From assembly GCA_015063385.1 (NCBI GenBank), contig SVUG01000008.1:1655-65654 (forward strand): 64,000 nt of DNA, in the 5' to 3' direction. Position numbers and translations under genes: made by a program. Under the pieces are notes generated by a model. The model worked only from the letters and a program-made list of their open reading frames with translations. It ran no database searches and had not been told where the DNA came from. This document shows, one piece after another, positions 46,666-56,521 of the stretch (positions are counted from its first letter, which is position 1; each line of letters begins with the position of its first letter). This DNA is from Oscillospiraceae bacterium (lineage in GTDB: Bacteria; Bacillota; Clostridia; Oscillospirales; CAG-272).

Positions 46666-48897
46666 TTATGCATTAAAATCTATTGAGAGCGTCACCTTGC
46701 GAGATAAAGAAAACTCGCAAAGCAGCTCGTGGAAGAGCGAGCGTGATAGCTTATTCAGTCTGCACTTTACTACCATTCTCATTCTGTATTTTTCGTTTAT
46801 TTTATATACTTGTGCCTCAAACGGTCCAAACACTATAAAGGGCTGCTTGCCGTATTCTCCCCGCAGCTTTTCAAGAAGCGTCTCGGACAGCCGTGCCGCC
46901 TCGCGCGAAAGCTCGCCCTCGTCAGCAGAGGTGAGAGTAAGCTCGACTATATCGCAAAACGGGGGATATGAAAGCTCGCGGCGGAGCGCAATTTCGCCCT
47001 CGTAGAATTTCTCAAAATCCTGTAGGCAAGCGAGGCGTATTACCTCGTTTTTGGGGGCGTAGGTCTGTATGACGGCAATTCCCTCGTCACCTGCTCTGCC
47101 TGCTCTGCCGATTACCTGTGTAAGAAGCGAGAAGGTGCGCTCTGCTGCGCGAAAATCGCTGACGTAAAGCGAGGTGTCTGCAAGGGCTACGCCAACGAGT
47201 GTCACTCGGGGGAAATCGTGCCCCTTGGCAACCATTTGCGTGCCGAGCAGAATATCCGCCCTGCCCTCTCTGAAGTCCTCAAGTATTCTGTCGTATGACA
47301 TCTTGCCAGAGGTGGTATCCGCGTCCATGCGCATAACCGTCATATCGGGAACGTATTTATTTAGTTCGGACTCCAGCTTCTGCGTACCGTAGCCTAGGAA
47401 GGAAAGCCTATCTCCGTTGCAGGAGGGACACCTTTTCGGCACGCGCTCGCTATATCCGCACATATGACAAAGCAGCTTGCCGCCGTCAGCACCCGTGTGA
47501 TAGGTGAGTGAGACCGAGCAGCGAGGACAGCTCATAACCTCACCGCACTCCTTACAGCTAATCTGCGAGGAATATCCGCGGCGGTTTAAAAACAGGATTG
47601 CCTGCTTATCGTTTTCATAAACCTCCCTAAGCGACCTAAGAAGCCTATCGCTTATCGGGGAGGTGTTTCCAAGGCGAAGCTCCTCACGCATATCGACGAT
47701 AACCGCATCGGGCATTCTGACGCCGCCGTATCGCTCGCGCAGCGGAACGAGGGTATATATACCCTGCTTTGCCTTGTAAAAGCTCTCAAGCGACGGTGTT
47801 GCCGAGGCAAGCAGCATCAGTGCCTTTGCCTTTCCGCATCTGTACGCGGCAACGTCACGCGCGTGATATTTGGGGTCTGACTCTGACTTATAGGTATGCT
47901 CGTGCTCCTCGTCAATAACTATCATTCCAATATCCTCAAGCGGTGCGAAAACAGCCGAGCGAGTTCCAATAACCAGGTCAACCTCACCACGCTTTATTCT
48001 GCGCCAGGCGTCAAGCCTCTCGCCCTGCGAGAGCGAGGAGTGAATCACGGCAACCCTCTCACCGTATCTGCGGCAGAAGATGTTCACCGTCTGCGGTGTC
48101 AAAGCAATCTCCGGCACGAGCATTATGACGTTTTTACCTTCGGCTATAACCTCGTCTATGGCGCGCATTATAACCTTGGTTTTGCCGCTACCCGTCACGC
48201 CAAACAGAAGTGCAGCACGCGCCTCATCGCGCTTCAGCTCGATTTCAATCGTGCTATACGCCGCCGACTGTGCCTCGGAGAGCACTATCGGTGAATCGTC
48301 GCGCACGCGTGCATAATCCGCGTAGGGATTTCGGATAGTCTCCGACTCGATAATTCTGATTATTCCCTTGTCGCGAAGCGCCAAAATATGCGCACCGCTC
48401 ACGTGGGGAATTGCCCTTATCAGCTCCGAGTCGGCACTGCCTATTTCAAGGAGATATTCGATAATGCTCCTCTGTCCCTCACTGCGAACGCCTGCCCTGC
48501 CCGAGCGAGAGAGAAGCTCCCTTGCCTCGTCATTTGAAAGAGCAAGAACGCAGGTCTTTTTGATTTTGACGTTCGGAGTTTCAGAAAGCGCACCCTGCGG
48601 TATCAGGCATTTTGCCGCCTCGCCAAAGGTCGAAAGCGTATGCTCCTTTAAAAACAGACACAGCCCGAGCATCTCCTCGCTAAAGGAATAACGGCAGTCG
48701 AGTACCGCATGCACGGGCTTGATATTTGAGCCTTCAGACTGCTCCTTGCAGCGCACAACTACACCGAGGCGAAGCTTATCTGCTCTGCCAAACGGCACGC
48801 GCACGATGCTACCGGCCGTGACGGAGGAGTCGCAGGAATAGTCAAAGGGGCGGTCTATATGATATGGAGCATCAAAAAGATATACTTCACAGAACAT
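46666..48897 (-). CDS. priA: Primosomal protein N'
   Basis: [13 protein letters not shown], Cys cluster, GTQMVAKGHDFP. Confidence 0.97.
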   Translation of the reverse strand: MFCEVYLFDAPYHIDRPFDYSCDSSVTAGSIVRVPFGRADKLRLGVVVRCKEQSEGSNIKPVHAVLDCRYSFSEEMLGLCLFLKEHTLSTFGEAAKCLIPQGALSETPNVKIKKTCVLALSNDEARELLSRSGRAGVRSEGQRSIIEYLLEIGSADSELIRAIPHVSGAHILALRDKGIIRIIESETIRNPYADYARVRDDSPIVLSEAQSAAYSTIEIELKRDEARAALLFGVTGSGKTKVIMRAIDEVIAEGKNVIMLVPEIALTPQTVNIFCRRYGERVAVIHSSLSQGERLDAWRRIKRGEVDLVIGTRSAVFAPLEDIGMIVIDEEHEHTYKSESDPKYHARDVAAYRCGKAKALMLLASATPSLESFYKAKQGIYTLVPLRERYGGVRMPDAVIVDMREELRLGNTSPISDRLLRSLREVYENDKQAILFLNRRGYSSQISCKECGEVMSCPRCSVSLTYHTGADGGKLLCHMCGYSERVPKRCPSCNGDRLSFLGYGTQKLESELNKYVPDMTVMRMDADTTSGKMSYDRILEDFREGRADILLGTQMVAKGHDFPRVTLVGVALADTSLYVSDFRAAERTFSLLTQVIGRAGRAGDEGIAVIQTYAPKNEVIRLACLQDFEKFYEGEIALRRELSYPPFCDIVELTLTSADEGELSREAARLSETLLEKLRGEYGKQPFIVFGPFEAQVYKINEKYRMRMVVKCRLNKLSRSLFHELLCEFSLSRKVTLSIDFNA

Positions 48898-48921
48898 ATA
48901 GCCACCTCTCTAAGTTATTTT

Positions 48922-49200
48922 TTATTCCTGGGGATGCTTCAAGCGGAATCTGCCCGACTGAAGCTTTGCAATAGCAATCTTAACAGCCTTCTGATCCTTG
49001 TACTCGGGATCAATAAGAGCTGCAAGAGGCTTCTCAGTCTCGTGATTGTCAATCATCTTCTGCGCCTTTGCTCTCATCTCGATGTACTCGTCGGTGACGA
49101 TGCGAGCGCACTTTGCAACGCCGATAACAAGCTCATAACGGTTGAACTCGTCGCCTGCAAGCTGTTTTGCGGTAGGATAAATCATTTTTCTATACTCCAT
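48922..49200 (-). CDS. rpoZ: RNA polymerase omega subunit (divergent)
   Basis: MIYP...NRYELVIGVAKCAR...KAVKIAI; syntenic position. Confidence 0.8.
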   Translation of the reverse strand: MEYRKMIYPTAKQLAGDEFNRYELVIGVAKCARIVTDEYIEMRAKAQKMIDNHETEKPLAALIDPEYKDQKAVKIAIAKLQSGRFRLKHPQE

Positions 49201-49232
49201 TCTGCCGTTTTGCGGCTGCTAAATTAAACTTT

Positions 49233-49502
49233 TTATTCCTCTATTGAGGTGTCGTCAGCACTATCGTCCTCATCGGAAAGACGGTTGGTAATGGTTTCGG
49301 TCTGAATTGCCGAGAGGATAACGTGCTCGGAGTCGGTGATAATGACGGCTCTGGTGCGTCTGCCGCAGGAAACGTCAATTACTCTGCCCTCTTCCTTTGC
49401 ATCTCGCACGAGTCTCTTGATAGGCTCGGAATCGGGAGATGCAACTGCAACTATTCTGCCTGCGGATACCATATTTCCAAAGCCGATGTTTATAAATTTC
49501 AT
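49233..49502 (-). CDS. remA: DUF370 regulator RemA
   Basis: [27 protein letters not shown]. Confidence 0.93.
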   Translation of the reverse strand: MKFINIGFGNMVSAGRIVAVASPDSEPIKRLVRDAKEEGRVIDVSCGRRTRAVIITDSEHVILSAIQTETITNRLSDEDDSADDTSIEE

Positions 49503-49537
49503 AATAAGCCTCTTTTGTTATATAACATTAATCAGCA

Positions 49538-49641
49538 ATTGAGAAAATTTTGGATGAGGTGCAAGGATTTTTAGGCGCCGGGCGTAGTAAAAGCTACGTC
49601 AAGCCTGAAAATCTGCCGCAAATCGCCAAAATTTACTCAAT
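49538..49641. repeat. Long hairpin of dispersed repeat family (type B) overlapping the yicC stop
   Basis: Core cgccgggcgtagtaaaagctacgtcaag at 49576-49603; arms attgagaaaattttgg / ccaaaatttactcaat. Confidence 0.75.
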
Positions 49642-50520
49642 ATTTTGAATCTGTTCGCGAATTTTTTCAAGCTCGCCCTTCATATTGACGACTATTCTCG
49701 CAATTCGCGCATTGTTTGCCTTTGAGCCTATGGTATTAGTCTCACGGTTAAGCTCTTGCATAAGGAAGTCAAGCTTTCTGCCCGAGGGCTCGCCTGATTC
49801 GGCGATATCGTAAAAGGCATCAAAGTGTGAGCGAAGTCTGACGAGCTCCTCGTCAATAGCAATTTTATCCGCCCAGATAGCGCACTCGGTGAGGAGGCGA
49901 TTCTCGTCGGGAGTCACATTGGCGTCCTCGAGCGCTGCGCGGATTTTCGCCTCAAGCTTATCCTTATATCCGACTATATCTGTCTTGGAAATCTCCTCGA
50001 CCTCGGCAGCGTATGCCCTGACAAGCTCAAGCTTCGCCTTGACGTCGGTTCCTATTTTAGCACCCTCGCGCTCACGCATCTCATTATATCCTGCGATAGC
50101 CTCATCAAGAACGGCGCGGAAGGTCACCCACTCTGCCTCAAGGTCCTCCTCGGCCTTGTCGTAGGTGAAAATCTCCTGATTTCTCGCAACGCTCATAACA
50201 CTGACGTCGTCCCTCAGACCAAACTCGTCACGCAGACGGTAAAGTGCCGCAAGATAGCTCTCAAGATACGCACTGTCAAGTCCAACGTTTGAAAGCCCGG
50301 AGGTGTGATTGTCCACCGTGACGAAAACGTCAACCTTTGCTCTGGATACTGCATGAGTCTTGATATGCTCCTTGATGCGCTCCTCAAGGAATATATAAGC
50401 CCTTGGAAGCTTTACGTTGCAGTCGAAGAAGCGCGAATTCACGCTCTTTATCTCGATAGTAATATCCTTTGCCTCACCGGTGAGCTTCGCTCTGCCGAAG
50501 GCGGTCATGCTCTTAATCAT
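49633..50520 (-). CDS. yicC: YicC/YloC-family endoribonuclease
   Basis: MIKSMTAFG, KSVNSRF, GRKLDFLMQELNRETNTIGSK, REQIQNIE. Confidence 0.95.
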   Translation of the reverse strand: MIKSMTAFGRAKLTGEAKDITIEIKSVNSRFFDCNVKLPRAYIFLEERIKEHIKTHAVSRAKVDVFVTVDNHTSGLSNVGLDSAYLESYLAALYRLRDEFGLRDDVSVMSVARNQEIFTYDKAEEDLEAEWVTFRAVLDEAIAGYNEMREREGAKIGTDVKAKLELVRAYAAEVEEISKTDIVGYKDKLEAKIRAALEDANVTPDENRLLTECAIWADKIAIDEELVRLRSHFDAFYDIAESGEPSGRKLDFLMQELNRETNTIGSKANNARIARIVVNMKGELEKIREQIQNIE

Positions 50521-51001
50521 TTTTCTCCTCCGATGTGTCGGTACTCAACTTTTTTCTCGGGCGCTTCGAAAGGCTCTTCAGCTCTGCGGTAAAGGAATCA
50601 ATGTCCTGAAAATCCTTGTATATCGAGGCAAAGCGAATATAAGCTACTATATCGCACTCCTTAAGACGCGAGAGAACCATATCGCCTATCTCGCTCGAGC
50701 TAATCTCGGTTATGATAGCGTTCATAAGCTCCTGCTCAATAGAGGTTGCAATTCCGTCAGCGTTCACAGGGCGCTTCTGACAGGCTATCTGAATACCTCT
50801 GACAAGCTTGTGCTTATCGAAAAATTCACGTCTGCCGTCGCGCTTCACAACAGCTATCGGAACGGTATCAACCACCTCGTACGTGGTAAATCTCTTGCCG
50901 CATATCGGACACTCACGGCGGCGCTTTATGCTCGCTGCGTCGTCAACCGGACGGGAGTCAAGCACCCTCGTATCACGACAGCTACACACGGGACATTTCA
51001 T
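50513..51001 (-). CDS. nrdR: Transcriptional repressor NrdR
   Basis: CPVC...DSR...RRRECPICGKRFTTYE, ATP cone, YIRFASIY. Confidence 0.97.
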   Translation of the reverse strand: MKCPVCSCRDTRVLDSRPVDDAASIKRRRECPICGKRFTTYEVVDTVPIAVVKRDGRREFFDKHKLVRGIQIACQKRPVNADGIATSIEQELMNAIITEISSSEIGDMVLSRLKECDIVAYIRFASIYKDFQDIDSFTAELKSLSKRPRKKLSTDTSEEKND

Positions 51002-51131
51002 ATTGCTCGTTTGCCTTTCTTTTGACTAACATATATATAAATTCATAATATTATATCATAAAAAAATAAAAAAGTAAATAGTTTTTAAAAAAATAAAGAA
51101 GGCGGCTCGTCTGAGAGCCGCCCTAGAATTA

Positions 51132-52160
51132 TTATGCCGTGTTTTTCTTAAATAGTTTAGACCATTTTTCAGCCACCCACAAAGAGAATCTCTCCATAAA
51201 GCCGATTCTGAAAGTGGAAAACCACTTGAACGTCAAGGGCCACACAGCTCCGGCAAAGGCTACGATAAGGAAATATCTGACGCTTCTTGCAACGAACTCG
51301 TTGCCAAAGAGTGCGATAAGGGGTGCTGAGAGTCCCGACTTAATTATAAGAACTCCGCCAAGTCCGAGCACGAGCTTTATTACCTGTGCATACCAGCGAG
51401 CTTCGGTCTTGAAGCCAATAAATTTAGAGTCAATGAAATGCACCAGCACGAGTCCTGCCGTGCAACCGAGAAGCGTGCAGGCATTTTTCAGACCGCTTTG
51501 GTAATTGTGGGGGTCAAGGCTTGCGTCGCCCGAGATTAAAAGCACGTAGGCAAGGAACAAAAGAGAAAGCACAACCGAACCGATTACCACGAACGGCATC
51601 GAGCGCTTGAAGCTATCCTCCGTCGCAAAGAGAGGACGAAGAAGCAAAATCAGTGCAAGTGCAAAGAGAAGTGACACGACAACGTCAAGAGGCGTATGCA
51701 CACCAAGGTACATTCTCGAAAATGCGACGAGAACGATTATCGTCGTGCAAACTATCGTCTTGGTGCGGCTTGGCTTGTAGGCCGCGATAGCACCGTACGT
51801 GCCTGCGATATTTTGTGTATGTCCCGAGGGGAAGGAATAGCCTGTTGCCTCGGCTCTTGCCGACTCGATAATATCAAAATTCGGGTCGAGCACCCAAGGA
51901 CGAGGAATTCGGAAGAAGAGCTTGGCTATCTGATTAACCACCGTTCCGACAAGGCCTGTTATAAGTATAAAATATCCCTCGCGCTTATCAATACACCAGA
52001 AAAACAGAATTGCTATAACGAGGAAAAAGGTCTCCTCTCCAAGATGGGTGATAAGAGCAAAAAATGCGTCGAGGACGGGATTGCGTATGCTCTCAAGGAA
52101 GTATAAAAACGGCATACAGCCCTCAGCAAGCTTGTGCATAAATTCCATAGTTAGCTCCAT
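51132..52160 (-). CDS. PAP2-family phosphatase
   Basis: K..FRIPRP, SFPSGH, SRMYLGVH. Confidence 0.9.
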   Translation of the reverse strand: MELTMEFMHKLAEGCMPFLYFLESIRNPVLDAFFALITHLGEETFFLVIAILFFWCIDKREGYFILITGLVGTVVNQIAKLFFRIPRPWVLDPNFDIIESARAEATGYSFPSGHTQNIAGTYGAIAAYKPSRTKTIVCTTIIVLVAFSRMYLGVHTPLDVVVSLLFALALILLLRPLFATEDSFKRSMPFVVIGSVVLSLLFLAYVLLISGDASLDPHNYQSGLKNACTLLGCTAGLVLVHFIDSKFIGFKTEARWYAQVIKLVLGLGGVLIIKSGLSAPLIALFGNEFVARSVRYFLIVAFAGAVWPLTFKWFSTFRIGFMERFSLWVAEKWSKLFKKNTA

Positions 52161-52180
52161 TCTGCCACCAATGCGGCAAA

Positions 52181-52954
52181 TTATTTAAAGAGATATAGAT
52201 AAATTCCTACCCACTGCACAACCGCGCCTGCAAGCACGAAGAAGTGCCAGATAAAGTGCGATACGCGCGCTTTCATTGCGAAAGGAATTATACCGAGCGT
52301 ATACAGCACTCCGCCCGCGAGTATCCACATGGCAAGATGCGGGTTGCTTGTGAACATTCTCGGCAAAAGCATCAGCGCGCTCCAGCCGAGCAGAACGTAA
52401 AGAGGGATATGTAGCGCCATAAGCCTCGTAGGTCCGAAAACGCCGACAAAGCTGATACCGGCAGCGATAATTGCCCATTGAATAATGAGGAAAACCGTAC
52501 CAAAGGTATCGCCGAAGAAGCAGACTAAAACGGGTGCAAAGGTAGCTCCGATAAGTAGATATATTGAGGAATAGTCAAAGCGGTGGAAGAGCCTTTTCAC
52601 CGCACTGCCGTGAACGAACGCGTGATAAAGACAGCTAGAGGTGAACATAATGAACATACCAAAGAAGTATACCACAGCCGAGAGTCGCTCCAGCATATTG
52701 TCAGACGCAAGCAGCATAAGCACAAGTGCAACTATGGCAAAAATACTACCGAGTCCGTGAGTAATCGAGTTTCCTATTTCCTCGAGAAGCGAGCGCTTGG
52801 GCGGATTTATAGGCTTGGGCTTATCCTTACGGTCCTCACATTCAAGAAGTCCGTCTTGATACGACTTTACGACAGCGGAAATTCTTTCTTTATACTCATT
52901 TTTCACCGCCCGCTTTTCACGTTTATAAATTTCTTTTAATTCTCTGCGTGTCAT
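52181..52954 (-). CDS. Hemolysin III / PAQR-family membrane protein
   Basis: EEIGNSITHG, SCLYH, DYSSIYLLI, HFIWHFFVL. Confidence 0.9.
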   Translation of the reverse strand: MTRRELKEIYKREKRAVKNEYKERISAVVKSYQDGLLECEDRKDKPKPINPPKRSLLEEIGNSITHGLGSIFAIVALVLMLLASDNMLERLSAVVYFFGMFIMFTSSCLYHAFVHGSAVKRLFHRFDYSSIYLLIGATFAPVLVCFFGDTFGTVFLIIQWAIIAAGISFVGVFGPTRLMALHIPLYVLLGWSALMLLPRMFTSNPHLAMWILAGGVLYTLGIIPFAMKARVSHFIWHFFVLAGAVVQWVGIYLYLFK

Positions 52955-53153
52955 AGTAAAATACGTTTATTTTTCGAGTTTTTTCGTAATTTTCAGATTT
53001 TAACCTATTGCAAAAACGAGCATCAGTTCGGGCAAAATCATAGCAAAATGCAAATTATAGTTTACTTATTTAAGCATTTTCGGCGCATTCGGTGTCCTAA
53101 ACCACAAATGCGCCGAAAGCTTTTTTGCTAAATTTATTTATGATACTGCGGGA

Positions 53154-53795
53154 TTATTCGCCAAGAAGAGCGGCAATTTTCTCGCGCATCTTATCGCACT
53201 TGCAGTTGGCGAAGAAGTATTCGCGGAACTTAGGACCTGCGATAGCACCGAGAAGAAGCTCACGGTCAAGGTTGTCAAGAATGTAGAACATATCGGTGTG
53301 CGTGACCTTCTTAACCTCGTCAAGAATCTTCTTGTTTCTCTGCTCGGGAACTGCTCTCTCACGAGGATAGCCAAGTCCCCACTCGGAAACGAAGAGCTTC
53401 TCAAATACGTACTGAAGATTGAGCTCGCAGCCCCAGCCCCAGCCCTTTGCGAAGGGCATGGCGATTGCATTACCGTTGTTTACCTGGGTGAACTGATAGG
53501 CGTCGGTGGGGTCAACAACGTGACCGCAAAGAACACCGGGGAAAGAGTTGCAGGCAAGCATTGCGCCCTCACCCGTTCCACAACCGGTGATAACGAGGTC
53601 ACACGCACCGGAGTTGAGAAGAATAGCAGAGAGGATACCTATCTGAACGTAGGTAAGCTGCTCCTTGTCCTCTGCAGAGTACATACCGTAGTTATAAACC
53701 TCGTGACCGAGAGGCTCTACAACAGAGCGAAGAGTGGATTCAATAAGAGCATTTTTAGCAGCCTGGCTGTTTTCATTTATAAGTGCAATTTTCAT
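53154..53795 (-). CDS. RpiB/LacA/LacB-family sugar-phosphate isomerase
   Basis: MKIALINENSQ, GCGTGEG, KGWGWGCE. Confidence 0.88.
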   Translation of the reverse strand: MKIALINENSQAAKNALIESTLRSVVEPLGHEVYNYGMYSAEDKEQLTYVQIGILSAILLNSGACDLVITGCGTGEGAMLACNSFPGVLCGHVVDPTDAYQFTQVNNGNAIAMPFAKGWGWGCELNLQYVFEKLFVSEWGLGYPRERAVPEQRNKKILDEVKKVTHTDMFYILDNLDRELLLGAIAGPKFREYFFANCKCDKMREKIAALLGE

Positions 53796-53860
53796 TTTAG
53801 TTTCCTTTTCTTATATAGATATTTCGTGACAATTTAGTTCTCTTCAACGCAATTTAATAA

Positions 53861-55153
53861 TTAAGGAGTGAGTCTATTGGGGCCGCGGAATAAGAACTCC
53901 GCCTCTTTAATAGAAAGTCCGAGGAAGAGCATGGTAAGACGGTCGATACCGAGACCGAAGCCACCGTGGGGAGGACAGCCGTACTTAAAGAATTCAAGGT
54001 AGAACTTAACGTCCTCTGCAAGTCCCTTTTCCTCTGCCTGAGCCTTGAGAACGTCGTATCTGTGCTCACGCTGTGCGCCTGTGGTAATCTCTACACCGCG
54101 CCAGATAAGGTCATAGCCCTGGGGTATTCCCTGCTCGTCACGCATGTGATAGAACGCACGCTCTGCCGCGCTATAATCGGTGATAAAGAGGAATTCGTGA
54201 CCGAACATATCCTTGCAAAGCTGCTTGGTCATACGCTCCGCCTCGGTGGTGAGATCGCCCTTAAGCTCGTCAGGTACGGTATAGCCGTAGCGAGCTTCAA
54301 GCTCCGCGTAAACGTCAGCAAGCTTCATTCTGGGGAACGGAAGCGTGGGAACCGTCACTGCATATTCCTCGCCGAAGAGCTCGACAATCTTGTCACCGTG
54401 CTTTTCCTTAACCTCGCTGAGAGCATAGGCAAGAAGCTCCTCCTCCATCTTCATAACGTCGTCAAAGGAGTCGATATACGAGAACTCAAGGTCAAAGCCT
54501 GTGAACTCGGTAGCGTGCTTATTGGTATAGGACTTTTCTGCTCTGAAGACAGGGCCTGTCTCAAAAATGCGCTCGAGGCCTGCTGCCATAGCCATCTGCT
54601 TGTAGAACTGGGGAGACTGTGCAAGATATGCATTACCGTCGAAATACTTAACCTCGAAAACGTCAGAGCCCGACTCACTTGCAGCCGCAATAAGCTTGGG
54701 AGTGTGAATCTCAACGAAGTTGCGCTCTACTAGGAACTTACGAAGCGCGTTGGTAAGGGTTGTCTGCATTTCAAGCATGAGGTGATTCTTGTCACGGCGC
54801 AGGTCAATCCATCTGTAATCCATGCGAACGTCGATGTCGGAATCGTCCTTGATAGGAAGGGCGTCGGCAATCGACTCAATCTTCATAGCGGTGGGATACA
54901 TCTCCTTGCCGCCCATTTTAACGTACTCGCTGGCAACAACCTCACCCTCGAAGCTAACTACGGAGTGAATGGTGAGCTTATCAAGCATCTCGGTGAACTC
55001 GGGGTGCTTTTCCTTTTCAATGGTGATTTGGAGCTTGCCGGTAATATCCTTAACAACGATGAACGCCATAGTTCTCTTGTTGCGGAAATTCTCAACGAAG
55101 CCCTGCACACGACAGACGCCCGGGGTGACGTCCTTAATATAGGTTCTTTCCAT
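53861..55153 (-). CDS. aspS: Aspartate--tRNA ligase, short non-discriminating type
   Basis: 430 aa; LAQSPQFYKQ, FRAEKS, PPHGGFGLGIDR; no GAD insertion. Confidence 0.9.
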   Translation of the reverse strand: MERTYIKDVTPGVCRVQGFVENFRNKRTMAFIVVKDITGKLQITIEKEKHPEFTEMLDKLTIHSVVSFEGEVVASEYVKMGGKEMYPTAMKIESIADALPIKDDSDIDVRMDYRWIDLRRDKNHLMLEMQTTLTNALRKFLVERNFVEIHTPKLIAAASESGSDVFEVKYFDGNAYLAQSPQFYKQMAMAAGLERIFETGPVFRAEKSYTNKHATEFTGFDLEFSYIDSFDDVMKMEEELLAYALSEVKEKHGDKIVELFGEEYAVTVPTLPFPRMKLADVYAELEARYGYTVPDELKGDLTTEAERMTKQLCKDMFGHEFLFITDYSAAERAFYHMRDEQGIPQGYDLIWRGVEITTGAQREHRYDVLKAQAEEKGLAEDVKFYLEFFKYGCPPHGGFGLGIDRLTMLFLGLSIKEAEFLFRGPNRLTP

Positions 55154-55353
55154 TTTTGTCTTCCTTTTTTATGGTTTTATTTTTACATATTACTACATTA
55201 TATATTATACCATTTTTACTCGATAATTGCAAGAGATTTCGTTTATTTTATTACCTTTTTATTATAATGCGCGCACGGGCGCGAAAGATTAGCCGTAAGG
55301 TAATCAAGGCAAAAGCAAAACCGCTCCGAGAGGAGCGGTTTTAACTATGTAAT

Positions 55354-56373
55354 TTACTCAGCTAAGTCGTTGTATACTCTAACCTGAACATAGTGAACAG
55401 CATCGGTATCTTCCGCGCGACACTTAAATATACCCATTGCGAAGCCGTTAGCATCCCACGCAAGAGCCCGTGCTTCAGCATCAGTCTGTCCCTCGTGCTT
55501 CTCATACATAAGATATATTCCGGGAGTTGAGATATTGTAATAAGCATTACCGCCCTCGTCGTAAAGAGCAAAAGTAGTAAAGTCTACAACGTTGCCGTCT
55601 GCGTCCAGAAGCTTATGAAGTGAATCCGGTTCGGTCTCAAAGCTGATAGACTCGGTAGCAACCTTTTCACCCTTAAAGTAAATAGTAGCTACGAAAACGT
55701 CAAGTCCTTTGATACAAGTAGGTTCTATCGACTGTTCGTCATCTAATTTAATATCATAGGTATAATCGGTATCAACGGCAGGATCATACTCGTGATCACA
55801 CTCGGAAGCGGTGCACACAGCGTTCAACGACATAGCACCGTGGTCGTCAACCGTAATCTCCCAATCAAACTCGTGGCCCTTGGGATCAATAAGAACTCTC
55901 TCATTCACAACAATATCCTTGTCGCAATCATTACAATGCAACGTTCTGTCTTCCCAACCGCCATTAATGCAATCGGGCTCAAGAGAATCCCCAATGATAG
56001 TGACAACGTCGTGCTCAATCACAATTACATCTCTGGAAAGCTCGTTATTACAAACCTGACAAGTGACAACCTGCTCGTAGGAATAATCCTGCTCTGCGGT
56101 ATGCTCCTTCTCATTCTCCATAGTAGTCTTTTCGGTATGAGGCTTTTTAGGAATCTCAACGGTATCAATACGCTCACCGCAATCAGAGCAAACCTTATAA
56201 GCAACGCCTGTTTCAGTACACGTAGAATCCTTGGCAATAGATAACTCCGGAGCTTCCGTGTGAACGTGGGGTTTATGTATAAATTTGAGATAAATAAACA
56301 ACGCAAGAACTACCAGAATGATAAATATTATCGCGTTGCGCGCACGATTATCCCTGCAATGACAAATTTTCAT
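55354..56373 (-). CDS. Membrane-anchored extracellular protein with Cys/His repeats
   Basis: N-terminal TM; repeats such as STCTETG...CSDCG...H and PDCINGG...CNDC...GHEF. Confidence 0.8.
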   Translation of the reverse strand: MKICHCRDNRARNAIIFIILVVLALFIYLKFIHKPHVHTEAPELSIAKDSTCTETGVAYKVCSDCGERIDTVEIPKKPHTEKTTMENEKEHTAEQDYSYEQVVTCQVCNNELSRDVIVIEHDVVTIIGDSLEPDCINGGWEDRTLHCNDCDKDIVVNERVLIDPKGHEFDWEITVDDHGAMSLNAVCTASECDHEYDPAVDTDYTYDIKLDDEQSIEPTCIKGLDVFVATIYFKGEKVATESISFETEPDSLHKLLDADGNVVDFTTFALYDEGGNAYYNISTPGIYLMYEKHEGQTDAEARALAWDANGFAMGIFKCRAEDTDAVHYVQVRVYNDLAE

Positions 56374-56521
56374 TTTTCCCTCCTGCTTTGTTGATTTATT
56401 TCAAATTCAAGACCGCCATATAGCAAGTCTCTATTATTATTAGCAGGGCGATCGCACGAGGCGATCGCCCTACCTCATTTATGTAGTAATCTTTATATTA
56501 AGGACTACAGATAAATGTTAA

